A stretch of DNA of 64,000 bases, from assembly GCA_048270185.1 (NCBI GenBank), contig JBLWTJ010000001.1, forward strand, positions 160,001 through 224,000, in the 5' to 3' direction. The notes beneath the pieces are model-generated. The model saw only the letters and a list, made by a program, of their open reading frames with translations, did no database searches and was not told the origin of the DNA. This document shows, piece by piece, positions 29,801 to 40,100 of the stretch (its first letter is position 1; each line of letters begins with the position of its first letter). Position numbers and translations under genes: made by a program. This stretch comes from Bacteriovoracaceae bacterium (GTDB lineage Bacteria > Bdellovibrionota > Bacteriovoracia > Bacteriovoracales > Bacteriovoracaceae).

Positions 29801-30016
29801 TTGTTAGAATTCTTTGGCGAAGAGAATATATATGTTGAATCACAATTATCTGGTTACCGAATCAAGAGTGAACTTATGCTTAAGCCTATTATTGGTAATT
29901 CATATGGTAAAGTTAATACTCGTAATTTTGGAGGGCCTGTAAATAAGATGGTTTCTGTCCTTAACCTGATTAAGGCCGAAGTCATGGGGTATTGGTATAG
30001 GGGGACACTGAAATGA
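26900..30016 (+). CDS. Large secreted hypothetical protein (possible degenerate kinase-like N-terminal domain)
   Basis: Signal peptide MKSILLIILFLNLGLNLVFA from 26900; stop overlaps the S8 gene start (ATGA). Confidence 0.75.
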   Translation: MKSILLIILFLNLGLNLVFAADGLVPINGESLPAADLYSPDYGALDSEFAYELKQEGVDLSRLNPVKSNLWNGEDNFKQLNEDLNLPIDNGDTLSFKGLISSPESILRFNATNEKGTFQVHLSKTLHTILLRKNLLRKAGFIIPSSKYMKNLRIEFNSQREKDFFKDVDLVSQLGASYKNWLVEEGDDYLVLKDIFVRLPKEDDFYDVALTSINDTKDLRALRSLIVIYSYLNLNESINKFSFNFLKIKNNNLLFDYPTATNFDATYDDVVWAARFIVKLTRRDIQEIVQTSFFPMPVAKLLVEKLVARRNNLIETLKLEGEILPYVKEVKDELIDKGFLKPHKFEDYASQFSFGASVGPLDDIPSFLFGEAQSFGFKEIMSKLSENLSLFNLSEAKVKWLQEDFEANKEFALEYFDEHGEFPPLPFSSWKSPVAKGNIIFGRDVVVGQNFGTDNFVQLADTIGFTTNLGLFIGLERFGSQLVGGSVFPNIGINTSYSHVRPVEDLKQAIKTPYKNMLVGLTLKNLEKKLSTYIATSKNTEIDESEKLQKLNDLYNSISENIGVGESIIISTSVVPDITLSLSAPLYGVGNGYGSISKKYKELSRIHITRKSKYIFHIYYDGAKVNEVRVRGGLSYLIPIIMAEGSDIKSKLDMKLYELNLDPNGDELEFASDVAKFISLLRDRTNEAMGEEDIQVFNKSHDKAFNFNFLFFVSKSLKTITELFVKVKDQVNLKLVTASHGEMDGINLAKLMQNLGAYALKQFVAELDVNWDKSYIPMVPEAKHYYQNPGKSFFGSATTYETTIESKLRNPEGEIVLDNMNELYMHFRKTHQKAVMKEKTIKKYLRKENKAFNLDLYTDADSKDAGAINFAKLETKIHFFDKAVKRIFNISGRELDFISSRMKKRNCHNRENGGQTISGQLRCGDLEPIENKLYWCKKYIKKERYHKGLKCLAHVGHYFARYIDAKTLLEFFGEENIYVESQLSGYRIKSELMLKPIIGNSYGKVNTRNFGGPVNKMVSVLNLIKAEVMGYWYRGTLK

Positions 30017-32829
30017 TAAGAAGTTTTATATTACTAGTCTCTCTAGTGTTTATATTAAATTCATTTGCATCTGATATTAATTTTGATTCCAGGCAGTGGT
30101 CTGTTTCAAATACGGCCCAAAGCTATAATCGAAAAAACTCAGAGCTAACATATAATACAATCAATGGTATAGAAGGCGTCGATATAAATGATCTGACAAA
30201 AGTTCAAAGGCAATCCCTTGGAGCTAATAAGGCCATTGTTGCTATTATAGACTCTGGTGTTGACATCCATCATCCAGATTTAAAAGATAAAATTTGGGAG
30301 TTTCCTGATTGTATTGGCAAGAGCGAAGAAGAGAGAAAGTCACTTCCATGCTTTGGTATTAATGTTTTAGATAATAATGGTGATGTTTCTGATAAGGATG
30401 GCCATGGAACATTTGTTGCAGGTCTAATTGCGGCAAAACGAGATGGTATCGGGATATCTGGAGTCTTAACTGAAAATGTCAAAATAATGCCTATTAAGGC
30501 CATTACGAATTTTAAAGGCTTCACTTATAATGGAAAAGTAGTCACTAGTTATATTGCTCGTGGTATTATTTTTGCTGTTAATAATGGTGCTAGTGTTATT
30601 AATCTATCGCTAGGAATTCCAAAAGTTGTAGAGACACCACAAGTCGTTAGTGCAATTGATTATGCACTTTCTAAGAATGTAATTGTTGTTGCATCGGCCG
30701 GAAATAATAATAAACGAAAGAATATCTTCCCATGTAATTACAACGGTGTTGTTTGTGTTGGTGGTATTGATATTCAAGGAGAAAAAGTATCGTCATCTAA
30801 TTATGGACAGACTGTTGATATTTACGCTCCAGGTGAAAAGCTTATTAGTACAATTCCTGTTGGTATGGAGTCGACGATTCTTCGTATCGGTAATTATGAT
30901 GTTAAGAATGGTACTTCTTTTGCCATTTCGTATATTTCAGCTTTAGCGGCCGCTCTTAAAATAAAGGGTTCAATTAAAAATAGCTATGACTTTCTATCGA
31001 TTCTTGAGACTTCAAATCGTAATTTCTCAAAAGATGAAATTCTACCTGCTGTCGATTATCAGAAAGCGTTTAATGTAAATCAACTTAGACCCGTTATTCT
31101 TACTAAGAAAATTGATAAAATTGCTATTGAAAAAAAGAATGATAAATTCTTTGCAAGCTTTGAGCTTGAAATTTACCATCCAAACTTTGAAAATGAAATC
31201 TTGGATGATCACATTTGTATAAACTCCAAACAATCAGTACTTCGCGATGATATTGAACTATGTAAGAAGATTAAACTTTCAAATAAGCTAAATAAAGTGA
31301 ATCTCCAGTATGAGCTCAAAGACCTGGATATTGATTCGTGGCAGGAATTCGAAATTAATCTTGTTAAGTCTAGCGTATTAAAAAGTATCGATGTTGAACT
31401 TCTTGCTCCAGTAAAAGTCTCTAAGAAGAAAGTAGTTTCTAAAATCGCAGCGGGTGCAATCCTTAGGATAGCTTCTAATATTAAAGTTTCGCAGTTAAAG
31501 AAAGTAATTGATTATAATGCAACGAAAGAGACACAAGACTATTATGCGCTTAATACGAGATCAAAAAGAAGTATCTTCTATATGAAGGAAGTGGATAATG
31601 AATACTTGCCATCACAGATCATATTTGAAGAAGATATTAATGTTATTAGTCTAATGAAAGTTGATATGAATTTAGACGGAAAACTTGATTTATTTGTATA
31701 TGGTACTTCAAAAGATAATCGAGAATATATTATGGCCTCTTACTCAATGGATGGAAGGCCGCTATTTGGTAAGAATTCGATTTGGCACCTTCAGGCGTCT
31801 CAATTTGGCGCTCTCGATTTCAATCGAGGAAGAGCATACTTTAACTTCATAAGGTCGAATTCAAAAGATTTAGGTGATTTCCTAACTCCACTTGTGAGCC
31901 GAGTTTTCGAGTTACCGCAAGTTGATAATAATACTGACCCAATTGATTACTTAGAAAACAAAGTAAAAAAGAGACCTTATTATTTGATGCCATCAGTTAT
32001 CGATGGAAAGGTTAGGCTACAGATTAGAACGATTGAGTCTTATTCATTTGATGAGAAGTTTAGAAATCTACTTGATCTTGATTATTTCAAGTCCATTCAA
32101 TTCATCTCTTATACAGAACAAGATCGCTTATCGATGAACTCTGGTAGGAGTAAACTTATCTTTGCTGTTGGTGAAGTTAATTATAATCAGTACTATGAGT
32201 TAGAATTTACTAACACAAAAGATTTTACCATAAAAAGAAAGGGAAGAGCTCTTCAGTTACATAAATCTGATATTGCAACTGTTCGCTCAACTCGTGATGG
32301 TGACTTTACTGATGAATTTATGATTACAAGGCAACAAGAGAGAAATAAACTTGCCTTTAAGTTTTCTCATTTAAGAAGAACTCTTCGCTTTGAAAGTGAT
32401 TGGGAAGATCCACTTGCTTCAATCTTAGGTGTATTCAAAGAGGGAAATAGTTACTCGATTTATATTGAAGGACGTTATAATATTCATCTTCTAAAAACAG
32501 ATGGAAATACAATATTAAGTCACTCCGTGACATCAATTAATCGTGAATCAAGTTTTCCTGGTGGTAATTTTTCTCAGTTATTTCAATTAGGTCAGCTTAA
32601 CTCGACAACAGGCTTAATCTATTCTGATATGCAAATGTTATTTGGTGATAGTATTCACCTACTTACAAGTACTGATGGGCTTATTAGTAAAAAACTTAAG
32701 TATAATCTTGCGATACCTAATGACTGTGCACTTCTTGGCCACTCACAGATTAAGTTTGAACAAGAAGTAAGGCTACATTGTTTAGGGCCTGGCAAGTTAA
32801 CGTCAGTTCATTCGATAAAGGTTGATTAA
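30013..32829 (+). CDS. Secreted subtilisin-family (S8) serine protease with long C-terminal extension
   Basis: Triad VAIIDSG / GHGTFVAG / NGTSFA, oxyanion SAGN, signal peptide; one FG-GAP-like DMNLDGKLD motif in the extension. Confidence 0.9.
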   Translation: MIRSFILLVSLVFILNSFASDINFDSRQWSVSNTAQSYNRKNSELTYNTINGIEGVDINDLTKVQRQSLGANKAIVAIIDSGVDIHHPDLKDKIWEFPDCIGKSEEERKSLPCFGINVLDNNGDVSDKDGHGTFVAGLIAAKRDGIGISGVLTENVKIMPIKAITNFKGFTYNGKVVTSYIARGIIFAVNNGASVINLSLGIPKVVETPQVVSAIDYALSKNVIVVASAGNNNKRKNIFPCNYNGVVCVGGIDIQGEKVSSSNYGQTVDIYAPGEKLISTIPVGMESTILRIGNYDVKNGTSFAISYISALAAALKIKGSIKNSYDFLSILETSNRNFSKDEILPAVDYQKAFNVNQLRPVILTKKIDKIAIEKKNDKFFASFELEIYHPNFENEILDDHICINSKQSVLRDDIELCKKIKLSNKLNKVNLQYELKDLDIDSWQEFEINLVKSSVLKSIDVELLAPVKVSKKKVVSKIAAGAILRIASNIKVSQLKKVIDYNATKETQDYYALNTRSKRSIFYMKEVDNEYLPSQIIFEEDINVISLMKVDMNLDGKLDLFVYGTSKDNREYIMASYSMDGRPLFGKNSIWHLQASQFGALDFNRGRAYFNFIRSNSKDLGDFLTPLVSRVFELPQVDNNTDPIDYLENKVKKRPYYLMPSVIDGKVRLQIRTIESYSFDEKFRNLLDLDYFKSIQFISYTEQDRLSMNSGRSKLIFAVGEVNYNQYYELEFTNTKDFTIKRKGRALQLHKSDIATVRSTRDGDFTDEFMITRQQERNKLAFKFSHLRRTLRFESDWEDPLASILGVFKEGNSYSIYIEGRYNIHLLKTDGNTILSHSVTSINRESSFPGGNFSQLFQLGQLNSTTGLIYSDMQMLFGDSIHLLTSTDGLISKKLKYNLAIPNDCALLGHSQIKFEQEVRLHCLGPGKLTSVHSIKVD

Positions 32830-33632
32830 TTGGTAAATGGAAAAAAGAGTGTTGAAACAGAATAGATTTGACACTCTTTTGAGCTACCTTCAGCCTGATC
32901 AAATTCATCAGCAAAGCTTTCTATGAAATCAAGTATCTTCTGTCTTGCTTTTGGTAAATCTTCTCTTTTAACATTAATTAGAAAGTGTTCTAATAAACGG
33001 TTCTCTTTTGGGAGATAGTAGCTATCTGTCGACAATTCACAAATTTCGCGATGTAGAGGGATAAATTGTGATAATTCTAATTTATACTTTGGTGAATATG
33101 ATTCATTAAGATAAATTTTAGATTTTTTGATATCGACAATACCTGAGTTTTTCATCTGCTCAATTATCGTAGGATAGCCCTCACTCGACTGATATTTAAA
33201 TTGCTCATCTGAAATATCTTTTAGACTCTCAAAGTCGCTCCATTTTAGCATCTCTCGTAAGAGTGCCATTTCCCATTTAAATTCAACCTGGCGATCTTGT
33301 TTTTCAACTTCTTGAGTACGTTTTTCGACGATGGCCTTAAATGTTTCGTTATCACCTTTTGAACTCTTCTTGGCCTGAATTAAGGCCATAAAGAAATCGG
33401 CCTCTTTTTGAGTTAATTCAAGATTTTTAATGAGTTTCTTAGTTAGTGAAGGTCCTGGATGTCTTTGACCTTTAAGGATCATTGTTAGACCTGAGACACT
33501 CGATATACCGAGCTCCTTGGCCCACTGGCCAAAAGTGTACTTTCTATCCTGTGCTTTTCTGGCAGCAAATATATCTTCCAGATAGAGACGGTAGTCAATG
33601 TAGCTGAATAGGTCTAAGCCTCTAATATCCAT
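32826..33632 (-). CDS. TIGR02147/DUF4423-type HTH protein
   Basis: FSYIDYRLYL...KYTFGQWAKELGISS..LTMILKGQR and C-terminal IYSVSTLFFPF. Confidence 0.8.
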   Translation of the reverse strand: MDIRGLDLFSYIDYRLYLEDIFAARKAQDRKYTFGQWAKELGISSVSGLTMILKGQRHPGPSLTKKLIKNLELTQKEADFFMALIQAKKSSKGDNETFKAIVEKRTQEVEKQDRQVEFKWEMALLREMLKWSDFESLKDISDEQFKYQSSEGYPTIIEQMKNSGIVDIKKSKIYLNESYSPKYKLELSQFIPLHREICELSTDSYYLPKENRLLEHFLINVKREDLPKARQKILDFIESFADEFDQAEGSSKECQIYSVSTLFFPFTN

Positions 33633-33807
33633 GACATACGTATCGACTACTTTTTTGAATTATTAATTATTTTCACAAATTTTTTGAAAATATTACATAT
33701 GTTAAGTAGATATTATTGAGGAATTTGTTCATAAAGATATTACACACATAGTTGAGCTAATTACACAATTATAGGATAAATACTTATAACTTTCATTAGG
33801 ATTATTT

Positions 33808-34305
33808 ATGCTTAAAATTATCTTCATCTCTATCATTACTGCATTCATTTCCCTTAATTCACAGGCCCTGCTTGTTAATGATGTAACACCATTTACTGGT
33901 GGGAAGAAATACGACTTCACTAAGAAGACAGGATGGGGTGCTAAGACTGGTTGGGGAGCTCGCGAAATTGAAGATCGTGTTAAGCAAATTATTAAAAGAG
34001 ATTATAGTGATCAGTGTTTTGGAGAAAGTTCATATCGTTATATGATACCAACTCAAAGTATTAATATTAACTTCTATGATGTACCAGCTCTGAATAAGAG
34101 AATCTATAAGGAATTGAGTCCACCAGAAGAAAATGAGAGTGATGTTCTCATGCTTAATATTCTTATTTCAAATGATTCAAAGTTTAAGTATCTTTCAAGC
34201 TTTGAAAAATATACGATTAAAATTCGTTATGATGATGTTGCTGACGATATCATAGTTGAATACTTAGATGATCTTGATCGCAATTATATGTCTAATTGCT
34301 ATTAG
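33808..34305 (+). CDS. Secreted hypothetical protein with duplicated KTGWGA motif
   Basis: Signal peptide ending SQA; 18-bp imperfect tandem duplication at 33925-33960. Confidence 0.7.
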   Translation: MLKIIFISIITAFISLNSQALLVNDVTPFTGGKKYDFTKKTGWGAKTGWGAREIEDRVKQIIKRDYSDQCFGESSYRYMIPTQSININFYDVPALNKRIYKELSPPEENESDVLMLNILISNDSKFKYLSSFEKYTIKIRYDDVADDIIVEYLDDLDRNYMSNCY

Positions 34306-35151
34306 TTAGAGCCTAAAGCTCACCCCGGCACCGATGAGAACTCCTCCTATTGAGTCAACAACATCGGTGCTAAGCTCATCCATTGCACTCGATGACATTC
34401 CAATTAAGCCCGCTTGTCCGTAGAAGCCAATACGAGAAAAGGGTGCAATTCTTAAGCGGCCACCAATATCATAACCCCAAGCCGCACCCGCTGATTTTTC
34501 ACTATAGTTACTCTGTTCAAAGTCACCTGTTAGGATAAGGCCACCATAGGCTTCAAGGCTAAAGCTTGTGCGATTAATTAAACGGTATTGATATTGTAGT
34601 TCACCGTAGATACTTCTAATGCTACTAAATGAACTAGAGCCAAATAAGTAGCCAAGAGAAAACTTAAAGCCGTGGCGGCCTTTTGGGTCTCTGTGCTCTA
34701 TTGAGAGATCAACTCGGTTCAAGCTTGGTGCATCTTCATTTGCTTGGGCAATATTGAAGTCTTGCCATTCACTTCCTGCAGAAAAAATAGAGTAATCCAT
34801 TGAGAAATAGCTATTCTCTCTTAATTTCTGCGCATCATTCTTAAATATTGTTTCAACATCGTGGTTGGTGACTTCAGGCGTATGCTCAAGTTTTGAGCCA
34901 GATAAAGTGAAGGTAATATCGTCGGCCTTTATGTAGGCAATTTTACCTGAAACAACAAGAGGTACAATAGTCCCTTTTTTAAGACTATTATCGCCAACTT
35001 TTAACTTTCTTCCGCTTCTTATAAATCCAATTGGCGCAGTAAGCTCAACATCAGCATAGACAATTGTCTGTCTCGACTTTGAGATGGCATATCGATAGGC
35101 GTATGAATTTAAATTGATAAAAGCAAAAATAAATACTAAAAGTTTTCTCAT
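34306..35151 (-). CDS. Probable outer-membrane beta-barrel protein with SH3-like N-terminal domain
   Basis: Signal peptide, alternating amphipathic strands, C-terminal IGAGVSFRL. Confidence 0.6.
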   Translation of the reverse strand: MRKLLVFIFAFINLNSYAYRYAISKSRQTIVYADVELTAPIGFIRSGRKLKVGDNSLKKGTIVPLVVSGKIAYIKADDITFTLSGSKLEHTPEVTNHDVETIFKNDAQKLRENSYFSMDYSIFSAGSEWQDFNIAQANEDAPSLNRVDLSIEHRDPKGRHGFKFSLGYLFGSSSFSSIRSIYGELQYQYRLINRTSFSLEAYGGLILTGDFEQSNYSEKSAGAAWGYDIGGRLRIAPFSRIGFYGQAGLIGMSSSAMDELSTDVVDSIGGVLIGAGVSFRL

Positions 35152-35204
35152 ATATCTATTATAATCAAAATAGAATTTTTGACTAGAATAGTTTAGGGTT
35201 TATT

Positions 35205-36503
35205 ATGAGATTTCCAGGCAAGAGAAGATCAAAACATTATTTCCCAGTTAGTGCAAAAGGAAGACTTTCTTTTGAAACTGACTTCACTCAAAAAGAGAAT
35301 GTCTACATTGTCGGAATTGATCAGTTGCTGGTTGATATTGAAATCGATGCTCCAGCTGAGCTTCTTTCTCAATATGGCCTAAAGCCTGGTGAATCCTATA
35401 TTTTAGATGATGACAAAATCGAGGCCCTTTATCAGAAATGTGTTATGGAGAATCGTATTCTAGGTCAATATGCTGGTGGTGCCGTAGGCAATACTCTTCA
35501 TAATTACTCGGTTTTATCTGATGATCAATCCTTTGCTCTAGGAACTATTTGTGAAACGATCAAAGTAGGGGATTACGCTTTCAAGTATATCTGTAGTACT
35601 TCTTCTAAAGTTGACTTCAGTTACCTTCAACCTTGTAAAGGAAATATGGCCCGTGCCATGTGTTTAATCACTCCTGACAAAGAAAGAACATTTGCCATTG
35701 GTAAAGGTATTATGAATCAGTTAAATGAGGACTTTGTTCCTGCTGATCTTATAAAGAAGTCTAGTGCGCTTTTAATTACAGCATTTCTATTAAGAGATAA
35801 GAGTGCTCCTCTTTATAAGGCCACGATGAAGGCCGTTAAAGTCGCTTGTGAAAATGATGTACCAGTGGTTTTTGCACTTGGAACGAGCTCTCTTATTGAG
35901 AGTGATCCGCTATTCTTTAAAGAATTTATTCGTGAAAACGTTAATGTCCTCGCTATGAATCGCGATGAGGCCCGGGCCTTAATTGGAATTGATGATCCAC
36001 TCTTAGTCGCTAAGGAAGTTCTTGATCTAACAGATTTAGTTCTTGTCACAGACGGTGAAAAAGGTCTTTATATGGGCTCTTGGGCCTGTCGAACGAAGGC
36101 ACGTGAGACAAAGGATACGATTCACTCAAAATCAATTGAAAACTATAATGAATATGAATACTCACGTTCTCAGTTAAAAGTAGACTGTGTTGAGCCGATG
36201 AAAGTTTACTCGCATATTAATCCATTTATGGGTGGACCTGAAAATATTGAAAATACTAATGGGGCAGGAGATGCTGCTTTAGCTGCTATTCTTCATGATA
36301 TTGCGGCCAATGTCTATCATCAAAAACTTCTTCCACATTCAATTAAACATGATGGAAAGTATCTTTCATATTCTTCCATTCACCAACTTTGTAAGTATGC
36401 CAATCGCACAAGTTATGAAGTTCTTAAGCAGAAGTCTCCAAGGCTCTCTCATAATCTACCGGTTAAGGAACAAAGTTTAGAAGAAAGCTATTGGTCAATG
36501 TAA
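35205..36503 (+). CDS. gsk: Inosine/guanosine kinase (PfkB family)
   Basis: MRFPGKRRSKHYFPV N-terminus, VGIDQLLVDIE, AGGAVGNTLHNYSVL, NTNGAGD, LEESYW C-terminus. Confidence 0.93.
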   Translation: MRFPGKRRSKHYFPVSAKGRLSFETDFTQKENVYIVGIDQLLVDIEIDAPAELLSQYGLKPGESYILDDDKIEALYQKCVMENRILGQYAGGAVGNTLHNYSVLSDDQSFALGTICETIKVGDYAFKYICSTSSKVDFSYLQPCKGNMARAMCLITPDKERTFAIGKGIMNQLNEDFVPADLIKKSSALLITAFLLRDKSAPLYKATMKAVKVACENDVPVVFALGTSSLIESDPLFFKEFIRENVNVLAMNRDEARALIGIDDPLLVAKEVLDLTDLVLVTDGEKGLYMGSWACRTKARETKDTIHSKSIENYNEYEYSRSQLKVDCVEPMKVYSHINPFMGGPENIENTNGAGDAALAAILHDIAANVYHQKLLPHSIKHDGKYLSYSSIHQLCKYANRTSYEVLKQKSPRLSHNLPVKEQSLEESYWSM

Positions 36504-36512
36504 GATCAATTT

Positions 36513-37190
36513 CTATGGAAAGAGCTTCTTTCTGATATTTTCTGGGGCCCTTGTGATTGAGCGGCCTACAACCAGATAGCTCGCACCGTTGTCAATAGCA
36601 TCTTGAGGTGTCATAACCCTTACCTGGTCATCACTGCTATCTCCTGTCAGGCGGATTCCTGGCGTTACTTTTGTGAAAGCTACATTAGTGCGATTTTCAA
36701 AGGTCTTAATAATGTCAAGATCTGCTCCTGAACAAACAAGTCCACTTACTCCTGATTTATTAATCATTGTTAGAATTTCTTCTAATGCCAGATTTTTTTG
36801 TCTTCCCCAAATTGATTGAATTTCTTCTTCACTGTGAGATGTTAAAAGCGTTACCGCAAGGAGAGTACACTCAGGGATATAAGTTTGTGCGCTCTCTAGG
36901 GCCTGGGCCATCATTGTTGTTCCACCAGTTGCATGAATCGTTAGAAACTTTATTGGCAGGCCTTTTAATCCTTTAATCGCTTTTGCAACCGTTGTTGGAA
37001 TATCGTGTAATTTTAAATCGAGAAATATCTCAACTTGATAATTTTGAGCGAGGTCACGAATAAGATCATTACCGTATTGTAGGTAGAGCTCAAGCCCTAC
37101 CTTGATAAGTTTAATTTCAGGGTACTCTGACAGAAGCTTTGTAACTTCAACTCTATCCATTCCATCGAGAGCGACAAATGTCTTATTCAC
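36513..37190 (-). CDS. pyrF: Orotidine-5'-phosphate decarboxylase
   Basis: VALD, KVG, FLDLKLHDIPTT, TPGIR, DQVR, VVGRSIT. Confidence 0.95.
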   Translation of the reverse strand: MNKTFVALDGMDRVEVTKLLSEYPEIKLIKVGLELYLQYGNDLIRDLAQNYQVEIFLDLKLHDIPTTVAKAIKGLKGLPIKFLTIHATGGTTMMAQALESAQTYIPECTLLAVTLLTSHSEEEIQSIWGRQKNLALEEILTMINKSGVSGLVCSGADLDIIKTFENRTNVAFTKVTPGIRLTGDSSDDQVRVMTPQDAIDNGASYLVVGRSITRAPENIRKKLFP

Positions 37191-40100
37191 TTAGCATCTC
37201 CTGTAGACTTACTGGCCCAAGTTCACTTGTAATGGTGTAAGTTAATGCCTCAACAACAGCATTGATATTTTCAAGTCTTGTAAAGCATGGAACTGCATAT
37301 TGAATGGAAGCATTTCGAATAAATTCACCATCCGACATTGATCGTCCCTGATTTAGAGGTGTATTTAAAACCATGGCCATATCTTCGTCTTTAATTGCAT
37401 CAAGCATTGATGGATTGTCTCCATTGCTTGATAGCTTGTCGACAATTGTAGCATCCACATAACACTTCTCTTTCAAGAATCTAAATGTACCCTTTGTAGC
37501 ATAGAATTTAAATCCATTGGCAGCAAGTTTCTTGAGGTTTGCAATCAATCTTTCATCGTCTTTATTTGATAGTGATATTAGAATTGATTTCTTATCGAGA
37601 AGATCAGGATAATTTCCAAGGTATGATTTGAGCATGGCCTTATCGAGATTCTTGTCAATTCCTAGTGTTTCACCAGTTGATCTCATCTTTGGACCTAAGA
37701 TGATAGAATCCTGTACGAAGCGGTCAAATGGGAAAGTTGATTGCTTTATAACTTTATATGAGCTCTTTAGTTCCTTAATTGTTTCAATTTCTTCACCAAG
37801 AAGTGCTCTTGTGGCAAGGCCTGCAAGATTGATATCATAGGCCTTTGATAAAAATGGTATCGTTCGCGATCCTCTTGGATTGGCCTCAATACAGTATATA
37901 TCTTCGCCTTTTAGAGCAAATTGAAAGTTAATAGGACCTGTGATTTCCATATTACCTGCCATTTCACTAGCAAGTTGTCTCATCTTTTCAATGATCTCCT
38001 TACTTGCTATTTTTGGAGGTGATATCATTCCCGAGTCACCAGAGTGAACACCTGCGTATTCGATATGTTCACAAATTGTAAAAACAGTATTTCCCTTCTT
38101 ATCTCGAATTAAATCGACATCATATTCAAGAGCATTTGAGATATAGTTTTCTACTTGAAATGTAATCGAATTTTCGTGCAGAGATTTTAAAATTTCTTGT
38201 GGTAGATTCTCGATATCTTCTTGTGATTCAAAGATAAACATACTTTCACCACCGATAACGTAGCTTGGTCTAATGATAACAGGAAAACCAATCTCGGTTA
38301 TTGCATTAATTAAGTTCTTATGGCCTCTTACTTCCTTTGAAGTAGTGTGCGCTAGAGCAACACCTTTGGTTAATTCATCAAATCGCTTCCTGTCTTCAAC
38401 TGCATCAAGTAAATCAAGGCTTGGCCCTAAAAAGTTAAATTTTTGATGCTTACTTCTAAATGGTGCTTCTAGGTGAGCGCGAATATTGATTCCCGTCTGA
38501 CCACTAAATGAAGTGATGACATGCTCTGGGTTTTCAAACGAGAGGATTTCAAATAAATCTTCAGAAAATAGTGGCGTGAGATAGAGTCTGTCCGAACTAT
38601 CGTAGTCAGTTGAAACGGTTTCAGGGTTAGAGTTTAGAAGAATTGACTTAACTCCAACTTCTGCAAGTGTTTTACAGCTTTTTACACAAGAGTAATCAAA
38701 CTCAATTCCTTGTCCAATTCTGTTAGGTCCTGAGCCAAAGATGGCACAGCTTTCTTCTTTAATTGGTTCGACGTCACTATATTGAGTATAAGTCGAATAG
38801 AAGTATGGGGTCAGGGCGTTGAACTCACCGGAACAAGTATCAACGGCCTTAAAGACTGGTCTAATTTTATTTTTAATTCTTAGATCAAGAACGTTTTCAA
38901 TACTTGATTTCGAAAGTAGTGCTAGATACTTATCCGAGAAACCTTCTCGCTTTAAATCAAAGAGTGATTCAGGATTATTAATTATTGTGTTATCGGCCTT
39001 AAGTTGATCTTCATAATCTTTGAAGACAACCATTTGTTCGATAAACCAAGGAGTGATGGCGCTAATCTCATGAATATCCTTTGCTGAAATTCCTGCTCTT
39101 AGTCCCTCTAGTGCCGTAAGAAGTGAGAGTTCTCTTTGATTTTTTAGACGCTGTTTTAGATAGTCGGCCGTCATCGGATACGGTGTTGTCTTTAGCTGTT
39201 CAAGGCTTGGAATCTCAAGTCCTTGCTCTGTTGCCCTTAAGGCCTTCATGAAGGCTTCGTTAAAACTTCCTCCAAGGGCCAAGACTTCACCAACAGATCT
39301 CATTTGAGGGCCTAGGGTTTGCGAGCTTGATGGAAATTTATTAAATGGAAAGATTGGAATCTTCACGGCAACATAGTCTAGTGTTGGCTCAAAGGCCACT
39401 GGTGAGATTCTTGTAATATCATTTAGAATTTCAAAAAGAGTAAGTCCTACCGCAAGTCCAGCTGAAATCTTAGCAATGGGATATCCTGTTGCTTTTGATG
39501 CTAGTGCTGATGAACGCGATACACGTGGATTCATTTCAATTACTACAATATCATCTTCATCCTTAGGATTTACTGCAAATTGAACATTTGCTCCACCTGC
39601 CACAACGTTCATATGCTTGGCAATTGTTAGAGACATGGTTCTGAGATTTTGGTAGCAGCGATCTGAAATTGTTTGGGCCGGTGCTACTGTAATTGAATCA
39701 CCTGTGTGAATTCCACATGGATCGACGTTTTCAATAGAGCAGATAACAACTCCACATCGATTCTTATCAACCATAACCTCAAGTTCAAGTTCCTTCCAAC
39801 CAAGAAGTGATTTTTCCATCGTAATAGGAAATTTAATATCACTTGAAGAAAGTGTCTCTCTTAATTCATCTGTATTATGAACTAAGGCGGCACCCTTGCC
39901 CCCAAGAGCAAAATCACGTCTAATGATAAGTGGAAATTTTACTTTTGAGTCTGCTAGTTCAATTGCATCCTTAAAACTTTGGGCCGTAAATCTCTTTCCT
40001 GATTTATATCCCAGCTTATCGAGTTCTTCAGCAAAGAGTTTTCGGTCTTCAGTTTTCTCAATTGTGTCGATATTGGCACCAAGTAGTGCTACATTGTGAT

